64,000 nucleotides of DNA, from the NCBI RefSeq assembly GCF_964204645.1, contig NC_134025.1, positions 29,492,299 through 29,556,298 on the forward strand, in the 5' to 3' direction. Position 1 is the stretch's first letter. Every line of letters starts with the position of its first letter. This document shows positions 1 through 11,500 of this stretch, in pieces. Both the position numbers and the translations under genes were made by a program. Source of the DNA: Tubulanus polymorphus (Eukaryota > Animalia > Nemertea). The notes under the pieces are model-generated. The model searched no databases, was not told where the DNA came from, and was given only the letters and a program-made list of their open reading frames with translations.

Positions 1-155
1 GTCATGAGAGCCTCATATAACATTCTTTGTAAATAAAAATGTATTGGTAGTAGGCTATATATATCGCCGATATGTGAAGGCGTTACCTATATCTGGTATT
101 TCGAAATAGTTTTTCGCTAACTTTCCCTAGAAACGACTGCATTCGGTTATTTACG

Positions 156-2093
156 ATGATAAATCCCGCAGGACCAGGATCAAAATATTATGAAAGTTCT
201 GACTCGGGCTTGAATACCGGGACGGGTGTTACTACAAATGGATGCAGTTCTGCGTATTCAATATCAGCATCTGTTACATCTATACCTACGTTCAGCGGAT
301 CGGTAACAATTCTGCGCCATCCACGACCGGAATCAAAGGTAATCAATCATTACACTCTAGAACGTGGGGTCGCTATGAAAAGATAGGCCATTTCTGAGAT
401 TTCTGTCACACGTGGGGTCTCCTGTATGAAGAAAGACATACGGAAAAGATGCAATTTGGAGAGTGCCCGCGATTATCAGGTGTTAACGAATCGATTTCTG
501 GCTTGACAAGGTTAACATCAGTGGGAAGGTACGTAGGGTCCAGACTCACAAACCCCTAGATTCACCTCTGCATGTAGGTTAATTCTATTTCATCGGTGTG
601 GCAACGATTGGGGTCGTTGACATCTGCAAACGGGTGACGCTTATTTCTATTTCAGTGCGAGAAATTCAAACGCAAGTTCGGATGTGAATGTCAATGTTCT
701 TGGTGGACTATCGGGAAGATTATCGCTACTATTCTAGTACTGATTCTCGCTGCTGTGGTTGGTTTACTGGTCGGTAAATTCGCCACGAACGAAGTCGAAG
801 TAAATATATTAAACTTCACCAATATAATCTGATAAATGTCTTGAGAATGACAAAACTGTTTAGAAAGTTTGTGTCATTTTAGCCATACAATTTCGTAATA
901 CGGGAACGAGGCGCAATAGCGCACGTTGAAGGAGCACTCGTCTACAAGAATTCCGTTCGATTTTACACTCCGAGTCATAGTAATGATATCAAAAATGTGG
1001 AGACCATTTTAGACTTTTCTAAAGTAAGTATTTACAACATCGTCACAATAGACATAGTCAATCCAAACATCTTCACTGCACTAATTTGACATGAACATAA
1101 TTGATAATTCTTAGTCTCGTATTTTAGAATTAATATCATTCATTTTACAAACCTAATTTCGTAATGTTTACATGTATATGGTTGTGTGTGTCGTGAGCGT
1201 GGGGTCGACCTCATACTTTCGTTCTTAGAGGCGGATTCGATATCGGGGGCTCTTACGACTGAGGCCTCTTGTGTCTGATTAGCACTCTTACAAGGGTGAC
1301 TACAACCGAGCTTTACTAAACCTCATTGATTTATTATGGCGACGTCATCAATTGTTTTAGTTCATCTAAGTTCTGATTTGTGAGAATAAGGAGACAAATA
1401 AATGTTAAAAGTAAAATGTAAGCAAGATGTAAAGTTTATGATCCGAATTGGTCACGTAGTCATATGTGCTTTGTTAATGCTTAATGATTTAAGGGTGAGA
1501 TAATTAATATAGACCACACATCAAAACATTGTTTCATCGACAATCTATCAGAGAAAGAGTTAGGATCATTGGACAATGTGAGGGAATCGTTGATCTATAT
1601 AAGAGATAAGTTGGTAAGATGTGACAATCACTTATTGTATTATTCGCTTGTTTTCCGGTTACGAATCACCATTAACTGTAACAGTATCTGCAACACTTTC
1701 GTCTATTGTTTTAGAATCGCGTTCTTTGGCAAACAGAACCACCAGTCAAAGAAGGCAAATTAGCAGGACCGGTTACCGAAGTGCCTGGCGGTCGTACTCC
1801 AGACGCGTATCAGAAATGTAGAAAAAATAAATATCCTATTTATTCAGCTGGGATATTTTACACGTCATTAGGTATGCTAATGGTGTTCGTTAATTGTATC
1901 GTTTTAGTTTTGAAAAGCAATACACATGACTGTATTCATAATCATTTCAGACCTGAGCACTTGTGAGAAGGCGTGCTATCCACATTTTACTGTAACGAGT
2001 AATTCAGAATCGACACCAGTTATTCATCGTTTAAAGATGGCCGTCATTGAATGTGTGCGCTATGAACCTTGTAATAAAACTACTACGACTTGA
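156..2093 (+). CDS. BRICHOS-domain type II membrane protein, ~295 aa, 6 coding exons (156-338, 656-799, 883-1023, 1494-1613, 1715-1871, 1951-2093)
   Basis: GT-AG splicing joins the exons in frame (888 nt). The product has a Ser/Thr-rich N-terminus, a TM helix IIATILVLILAAVVGLLVG, a BRICHOS-like signature ETILDFSK|GEIINIDHTSKHCFIDNL and a second Cys in QKCRKNKYPIY. The C-terminus has 4 Cys (CEKAC...CVRYEPC) and ends at TGA 2091-2093. Confidence 0.75.
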
Positions 2094-2552
2094 TGTAAAT
2101 CTCGGAAAGATTTCTTTGAACAAACAGAGACATAAATACATATCGTTCTTTCTGTGTGCTAGCGTCAGGAACAGTTCGTATGTGTAATGTCCACGTACCG
2201 GTATGCCTTTTCGAAAGTAAGGCGCCCTAATGTGCGTATCATCCAGTGTGCTGATCTACAACACTATTCGAGATAGAGCTGAACTAAGTGAAAAACCTTG
2301 AAAATGAAGCAAATGACACTGACGACAAACACCGGTTTTACAAATAGACACGGTTTTATACTATTTACAATGATTACAATTCAATCCTATCGTATATGTT
2401 TATATTTGAAATTTCGAAGACTCCTCATTCTCAGTTAAATCATATAGTTGACCTTCAGTCGAGAAATATGTATTTTGGTCCGGAATATCCAAGAAGTTCA
2501 TCTTAATAGTTAACTATAGCTTTCACTTGTTTGAATATAGGGTCCGATAGAT

Positions 2553-5500
2553 TTACCCATAACTGAAATATAATAGTAAGATATAATAAGATATAATCAA
2601 GACTCTACATGTATATTTTGAGGTAAAGTAATCTGAGACCAAAATTTTACTTTTTCTTCAATGTTCCCTTTTGCGAATTTGGGTTGAGAACCGTTCTGCT
2701 GAGTCCGGCTAATTTATCTGTTTTAGCTTGTGAATTATGTGGGGCCGGGTGAATTTTGACTTGTTTCTTCGGTCCTGTCAATGAAACTCCTCCCACCATT
2801 GCTGGTCCTGTGTGAGGTGGCTTTATCGCAGGATGTGAATTCTGGGCTGGATTTTGTATTCCTGGATGGTTCGGCATCGGTCTATTTTGTGAGGCAGCAT
2901 TGAAAGGAATTTTTCGATGTGGTTGTTGAGCGGCCCCGACTCGCGACTGGTGCCATGGAGGGTGATAGGGGGAAGAACCTGCTGAAGGTTGGTATGGGTT
3001 ACCACTATTAGGAACGTGGTGGGGTGCCTGTATAGGTGGAAGGTGTGGTAAAGGTTTTTGCGGTGTTTTGAGATGATACGTTTGATGATGAGATTGGGAA
3101 AGTGGTGGTGGCAACATGGGGTGACCTCTATTTTGTGGCCCAGTTTTTCCAGAGACTGGATAATGTCCATGCCATGGATGGATTCCAGCCTGTAGTATCG
3201 GGACAGATGGATCATGTATTAATGCATGAATGCTGTGGGTTATCCTCACAGCTGCCTCAACAGTCACTACAATTATACAAAATTAGATTTAACATACATA
3301 TATATACGTATTACATGAAGTTTCATTGCTGATATAATATGAACTATGGCACTTACGTATTTGTCCTTGCATTGTCACAGTTTGATGTGCAACGCAATAT
3401 CCTCCACGTACCCTGCCCGCCGGACACGGTCCAGATGATGGTTCTGTTGAAGAAAATTATTCAATAAGATATTTTGCAAACGTATACAAACTATTTCGTA
3501 AATCATGAGTAATTTCAAGGCTTTCTTACTTAGCCTATGAATGTCGACTACGCAACTCTTCCTATCGATTCCAAGGTGGGAACCGATAGGACACAGAATC
3601 ACTCTACAATAGTGAATTCCGTGTGGATTCATGCCGTATGGACAATGCGCCGATGTCCTCCTAAGGTCCCCGGGAGGTATTCTATCTGGTACCATGGGGT
3701 ATGGATGTGGATGCGGTGGTAGATTCGGTAACGGACCTTTATCAGCTGAATGTAAGGAACAAATTTTATACTTTAGTGAGGATATGACGTACATAATAGA
3801 TAGCTATATTCAAATAGAATCAAAGTTTGTGTTACCGACGAAGCCGGTGTGGACACACATGTCACCATATCTCTCAGCACCTGGAGGACATTTCACAACT
3901 GCAACGATTACATCGTTAGTTAATATCTAAATCTTAAAGAATCACATTTCCAGTTGAAAGTGCTGGCGTGTACTTACTGTTGCAAACCTTTCGCGGAGGA
4001 GGCTCCAAAATCGTGCCAGGCGGACAGAGCGGATGATCAGAGGCTGAAAATATTTCCAGAATAATTAAACTTAAGTCTGAATACTTTTTCCACGAAGGTA
4101 TGCAACAATAGCTTACCGATACAGTGTCCGACTCCTCTTTGATCATATCCAGGAGGACATATGCTCGTGTACCGCATCACTGGTCAATGAAATAAAAATT
4201 ATTTGATTGAGATAGATTAATGCACGCAGATCGATTAGATCGATATATTAGTCTGTATAAGACTTCACTTACTGTTGCATGTCATGTGTATTTCCTTGTA
4301 ACCCGGTGGACATCTGTGAACTGTAAAGAAGGTGAGACATTGAATTTGAATTTGGCATATGGATTTTGTTATATTTAAGACCGAGGATTTTGATATATGA
4401 TTAAGTCTTACAGGTGCAAGTTTGATAATTCCGGGAGAATCCAATCGGGCAAGCGAATTCTGAAAGATGGAAGTTTGCATTGAAAGGTTAACAAGTATCA
4501 GTGCTGTCATTGATAAATTGAAAATCATGAAACAAACTGCTATTAAAATGCCATATAAAAGGACTTACGCAGTGTAAGCTTGAAACATTTGTCTTGAACT
4601 CGAGAATAACCCAATGAACAGCTCATATCTACAATCAAATATTAGTACCAACTTAACATCTGCCAGAAATGGATGTTTTTAAGTAATAGCATGGCATCGC
4701 AAAAAGTTCTGGCACACAAATACAACTGCTACCTTTTTGTGGCATTTTATTAGCAATCGGACCGATTGGAATCCAACTAACCACAACCATAAGTTCAAAT
4801 GGCTTACTGATATTTCGAGATTCCCTGTATGTTAAGCTTCTTTTCGTCACGAGGCATTGATCATACTAGTCTTCCCCAAATCTTGGAGCTCGAGATGCTG
4901 ATGCTAGTTTTTTTTGCAAGTACTCACTTGTTATATTGAAATGACCATGCTATTACTTGACAAACATCGATATAATTGCATGCGAAAATTGCGTTCATCG
5001 CATTAAATTTTATTGGTAACACAGTTAACTTTTTCAATCTCAACAACTACTGAAATTCTCCAATGAGGTATTTTGTCCACAAAAATAGAAAACAAAAGGC
5101 TGCACACTGTAGCTTACAATATATCGACATACAGTAATTTGGACGTGAACATTGAGAATGTGTGGCACGCCAATAAAGTTCTTTTTGTAATCTCTTCACT
5201 TTTTCTTCCAGTTCGTATTTACCTTGCAACATTCGTCTGAGCATTGTTTGCCATATATAAATGAGTTGATGAGGATTCACTATGAACCAGTATTCTTGAT
5301 ACGTTAAACCCCAAATCTGAGATACGTCAACGTTGCCGACGCCGATATAGTAGAATCTCGAGATTTTACGCACCTCCGCGGCTTCGTGTTCCGCATTTTT
5401 CAGGTTCGAAGATTTCCCAGCGCCAATCATTACTATCACTTTAGCCACAGTTTTATCTCTGGCTCCATTCGCGGTACTGAATACCTCCTTGCGTATAGTG

Positions 5501-8500
5501 TACAAGGCAGCTGCAGTATTACCGTATTCTCCGCCGGTCACGTGTAGTTTACTAAGCTGTGTGACGGCTTGCACTTTATTCGGGTAGTTTCGGAAGTGAC
5601 CGTACACGTGTGACATCCGGCCGAATCCGACGATAGCGACCCGTACACGATCTTTGTTGACGTCTAGATTTTCGACGAATAGCTGCATGAATCCTTTCAC
5701 GAGATCAAGATTGGTATCTCCGATAGCGTACGATGTGTCTATAGCTAGGCATATATCAGCTATAGCCGTGGCTGTAATGAGAGTTATATCAATACGTCTT
5801 ATATCTTCTTTAGATTAAAGTAAATTTAGCTTGGAAAGATTTTCGAAAATTAATTACTCACGTTGACCTGGAACACATCTTCCGTCCACCTCGATAAATC
5901 CAAAATGACACTTAAGTCCTAAAATGAAATTTATTCACATAATGTTTCACATACATTTCATACCATTTGATACATCATCAAACAATTAATAATGAAACAA
6001 AAAGCTTTTGTGGCAATAAATGTGTATGTTGTTAAACATTTTTCAAGAATGAGAAAACAACAAAAAATGAGTTCATTGATCCCTGAAAAATATGAAGATT
6101 GAATCATTACTACGATAAGAAAAATATAATGGATTTTAATTGGAGTCAATTTTTACATACCTGTTTTCTTTTTTACCATTTACAGCGATTTAAGACTTAC
6201 ATATTCTCCTTACGATTTATGCTCGCATTTTCCTAGGTCCAAGCAACAGCATCTTCACCATACTCCTCCGTATTAGTGAATTTGAAATTAATATTGAATG
6301 TTGTTAACTACGGTGAAATTTTCTATTAAATGCCATTTCCCGATTCATAAAAAGATTTAAAGATACACAACTTATTTAGTATAAAACCGCGTCTATTTGT
6401 CTTTAAAAAAAAACGTAACAACCCGACGAATGTCGAGAAGGAAGGAAAGATCCGGACCTATCCTACACCAAATATATAATTTACATGTATATTTAAATAT
6501 ATGTATATATATGATATAAATAACGATTGTATGTAGTCCAATAATATGGAGTCTCCTTCGGTTATCGTTTGCCATTGCCTGAAAAGATAAAAATGGAAAA
6601 AATGGAGAAAAATATCCGAAGGCTTAAGGCCGGAGAGTGATGAATGGATGGTTGCTGTTCAAACCAGTTCAGGTCTTACCTATACACGTTTTTGCGCTAA
6701 TCGAAGGTATGAGTTCTATAAGTTTTTGATAATTTGCAGATCTGAACTGATAAGCTGCATTAGATGCAGTAGCTGCGTAACTCATCTGAGCATTAGTTAC
6801 TCGATTTCCAACTACAATTGTAAACAACTCGAATTTCGCTTTTTTCAAGATATCCGCCTCTTGTTTCGCGACATTCTGATCTGTTGCTTGGCTTGATGTT
6901 ATCAGAATTACAGCTTTTCGTGCTTCCGATCGCATCAAAGGTCGAAGCTGGTTATTTATGACCTTATACGCTGCCCCGATCATTCTATTGGCGCTTGGTT
7001 TGAAACGTATGGTCAATATAGCATTTATAAGATTATTCCTACAATACCAGTTGAAGTCCACGACAACTTTGGTATTTTTAGCGTCTGAAAACCTGACGAT
7101 TCCAAGTCGAACATGAGCTTTGTCAATGCGCGGATCGTTTTGAACTAGAGTTGATAGGAATTGAGAAATGAGCAGTAAATTCGGCGCTCCAACTGCGTCG
7201 GAACTGTCAATCACAAAAATCACGTCAACGTGCAAATTAACCGGACACCCTACAATATACCGTCAATATACAGATTAGTCCAGGAATTTCCTTTCAACTT
7301 TAGTTCACAACGATTTTCTTTTTACCTCATAATTTTGGAAGTTGATAAAAGCAAACCATCCATTCTGGAAAGAAGCTGTGTACTTACGTTTGGTAATTGG
7401 TGGTTGGGCCGTTTTCACAGGTTGCTTGACACACTTCATTCCTGATAGAAATGAACCCACTGGGCAGTTCGGTAGACATTTATTTTGGAAGAAAGTGGTA
7501 TCAGCTGGACACGTTGGCTCTGTAATAAAATAATCAGTGAGTAAATCTACGGAACGAAAATAAACCAGATCTGATGAAGTGGCATCCTTAAAATGATAAC
7601 GAAAAAGATCGTGCAATATTCACTTACTTCCTACTGCCATTCCACAATTTCCATTTACTGGAACCATTCCGTTTGGGCACGTAGGAGCTAGAAAATAGGA
7701 AACAGCCTTTATTGCAAATAACCAAAGACGTAATCATTAGAATGATATTATGGACTTAATAAATAGAATGATACCTTCTACTTTAACTACACATTTTGTG
7801 TTGGGTTGGCATGTGGTCTTACATTGCCCCTGCTGCAATGTCATCCCTGCCTTGCACTTCGCACCTAACAAAAAGCAATTGATTGATTATCAGATGATGT
7901 CACTGTAATCGATGCATATTGATTTTATTAATAACTCGGTTTTGTTGAGAAATGGTATCAGTGCTAATAGTGTCCAAAATCAAGTACCTACCCTGTATGA
8001 TTGATGTGCAGACTGTCCCTTGTAAGGTGCTTTTGGCAGGACATGTTGGAGCTGAAAATACAAAAAAAAAACAGATTCAATTCGGTCTAAATATAGATTT
8101 ATAAAAGGTGAAAAATATGTATTGATTATTATACAAAGATACCTATAGGTCTGATCAACATTTCACATATGCCGCTAACAAGGGAGAATCCCGTGGGACA
8201 GGCGGACAACGCTACAAGAGATAAATTAGATACGAAACATTGAGACCATTCTCCTAGAAATTCTAAAAGGTAAATCTCGATAAAGAGGTACATACGTGAA
8301 CAAGGCTTTCTTGTTGTCAATATGTTATTAGTTGTGCACGGAATCGATTTAGTGTGTTTCACCGGTACAGTTGGTTGTCCTGGAACTACTGTAGGCTGAC
8401 CTGGTAAGGCTGGAGGAGGTGTCTTACATGGTTTTGTCGTGGTGACCCCTGGAGCAACTGGAACAGTTGGTTGTCCTGGAACAACTGTAGGCTGACCTGG

Positions 8501-11500
8501 TAAGGCTGGAGGAGGTGTCTTACATGGTTTTGTCGTGGTGACCCCTGGAGCAACTGGAACAGTTGGTTGTCCTGGAACAACTGTAGGCTGACCTGGTAAG
8601 GCTGGAGGAGGTGTCTTACATGGTTTTGTCGTGGTGACCCCTGGAGCAACTGGAACAGTTGGTTGTCCCGGAACTACTGTAGGCTGACCTGGTAAGGCTG
8701 GAGGAGGTGTCTTACAAGGCTTTTTCGTAGTAACGCCTGGAGCAACTGGGACAGTTGGTTGTCCTGGAACAACTGGGACAGTTGGTTGTCCTGGAACTAC
8801 TGTAGGCTGACCTGGTAAGGCTGGAGGAGGTGTCTTACAAGGCTTTGTCGTAGTAACGCCTGGAGCAGCTGGAACAGTAGGTTGTCCCGGAACAACTGTA
8901 GGCTGACCTGGTAAAGCTGGAGGAGGTGTCTTACATGGTTTTGTCGTGGTGACCCCTGGAGCAACTGGGACAGTTGGTTGTCCCGGAACAACTGTAGGCT
9001 GACCTGGTAAGGCTGGAGGAGGTGTCTTACATGGTTTTGTCGTGGTGACCCCTGGAGCAACTGGGACAGTTGGTTGTCCCGGAACAACTGTAGGCTGACC
9101 TGGTAAGGCTGGAGGTGGTGTCTTACAAGGCTTTTTCGTGGTAACCCCTGGAACAACTGGCACAGTCGGTTTTCCTTTTGTCGGAACTACCGCTGGGTCT
9201 CCTGGTTTAGTAGGTTTAGGGGCGCCTGGTTTAGTAGGTTTAGGAGCGCCCGGTTTAGTGGGCTCTGGAGCCTCCTCATTCGGCTTTTTAGTTTTGCATG
9301 GTTTCTTTGTCGGAACTACCGCTGGGTCTCCTGGTTTAGTAGGTTTAGGGGCGCCCGGTTTAGTAGGTTTAGGAGCGCCCGGTTTAGTGGGCTCTGGAGC
9401 CTCCTCATTCGGCTTTTTAGTTTTGCATGGTTTCTTTGTCGGAACTACCGCTGGGTCACCTGGTTTAGTAGGTTTAGGGGCGCCCGGTTTAGTAGGTTTA
9501 GGAGCGCCCGGTTTAGTGGGCTCTGGAGCCTCCTCATTCGGCTTTTTAGTTTTGCATGGTTTCTTTGTCGGAACTACCGCTGGGTCTCCTGGTTTAGTAG
9601 GTTTAGGGGCGCCCGGTTTAGTAGGTTTAGGGGCACCCGGTTTAGTGGGCTCTGGAGCCTCCTCATTCGGCTTTTTAGTTTTGCATGGTTTCTTTGTTGG
9701 AACTACCGCTGGGTCCCCTGGTTTAGTAGGTTTAGGGTCCCCTGGTTTAGTAGGTTTAGGAGCGCCCGGTTTAGTGGGTTCTGGAGCCTCCTCATTCGGC
9801 TTTTTAGTTTTGCATGGTTTCTTTGTTGGAACTACCGCTGGGTCCCCTGGTTTAGTAGGTTTAGGGTCCCCTGGTTTAGTAGGTTTAGGAGCGCCCGGTT
9901 TAGTGGGTTCTGGAGCCTCCTCATTCGGCTTTTTAGTTTTGCATGGTTTCTTTGTTGGAACTACCGCTGGGTCCCCTGGTTTAGTAGGTTTAGGGTCCCC
10001 TGGTTTAGTAGGTTTAGGAGCGCCCGGTTTAGTGGGTTCTGGAGCCTCCTCATTCGGCTTTTTAGTTTTGCATGGTTTCTTTGTTGGAACTACCGCTGGG
10101 TCTCCTGGTTTAGTAGGTTTAGGAGCACCTGGTTTAGTAGGTTTAGGGGCTCCCGGTTTAGTCGGCTTCGGAGCGCCCGGTTTAGTAGGTTTTGGAGCAC
10201 TGGGTTTATTGGTTTTTTTGGTTTTGCATGGTTTCTTTTTAGGTACTACTGCTGGGTCCCCTGGTTTAGTAGGTTTAGGGGCACCGGGTTTACTTGGTTT
10301 AGGGGCACCTGGTGCACCTGCCTTGCCGGTAGTACAAGGTTTTTTCTGACCTCGAATAGTAGTGGTCTTCGGTGGAGCTTTCGTAGCCGGGTTGTTTCCA
10401 CATGGTAACGCGCAAGGATATTTCGAATCAGATCCTTTATAAGCCAGAATATCAGTAGCTGAAATGGATAACAACTGTCTTATTCAAACATCCGTCAAGA
10501 CATTGCCATAAGACATTTAATATCTGATCCTTATTTTCAAAAAAGAATCCCTTTTTGCAAGACCATTACCTCTCAATCCCAAGTAACTTCTACCTACTGA
10601 TGGGTTGTATCGAGCAAAAACTGCACAGAGAATACGTTTGATAGCCTTATCACTTTCATCAATGACAGCAATTACATGCGGTTTCGTGAAGGTCGTATTT
10701 ACAATATTCCAATTTACTTTTCCTCCCGTCGTTATAGCATAGTATAAAACCCTTTGTGACTTCAAGTTGGTTAAACTTGCAGTAGCTTTCTTCTTATCAG
10801 CAGGAGTTGAACCGCCAATTGTGACAACCATATTGGGGAATTTATCTCTGGTGCCTTGTTTTTCTTTTAGTATCTTATTCGCTAAGTTGAGTGCGGCAAA
10901 TAAATCCGTTTTTCTACCTTCGAATTTCAATTTAACTATGTCGGCGTTGTACAAGTCCAATACGGCTTTGTTAATTCCAATATCAAAGTCTCGCAATCTG
11001 AGAGATGTTGACCCGAAATATATCGGGATTATGGTCAACCAGTCTGGGTGTATGTAGTATGTTTTGAGAATCATTCTGATGATTCGTTTTACGACTTCAA
11101 ACTTTTTCTCGCCTGTGCCACTCGACGCATCAATCAAAAGAATTAGAGTGACCTTCACACGGATCATTTCTATAACGGAAATTAAACAGCCCGGGTATAC
11201 ATGATATTGTCATCAAAAGTTACACAACAATTTATTTCCCTGCGATGAAACTTACTACTCGTATATTCTCCTCCAACTATTGTCTGTTTCAATTCAGTCG
11301 CTGAAAAATGAAGCCGTTAAAATAATATTCATTTTCTCCTTGTTTCAAATTATCAGAAAAAAAAAACAGTTCTAAACCAATAGTTTTACGATAAGTAAAT
11401 AATCTTGGAGGACCATGGAGGAGCTTGAAGGGGCCTCATAAGCTTTAAGAACAGGTATCATTTAATGGATGTATATCTTTATTTTTTCAAAATATACTTA

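Noticed and set aside
8386-9156. Gln/Leu-rich ORFs in an alternative minus frame
   Set aside because: Off-frame readings of the 96-bp coding repeat.
9138-10349. 403-aa + strand ORF of GLVGLGAP repeats (elastin/silk-like appearance)
   Set aside because: Antisense shadow of the P/K/T repeat exon; the minus strand has the splice sites and gene context.
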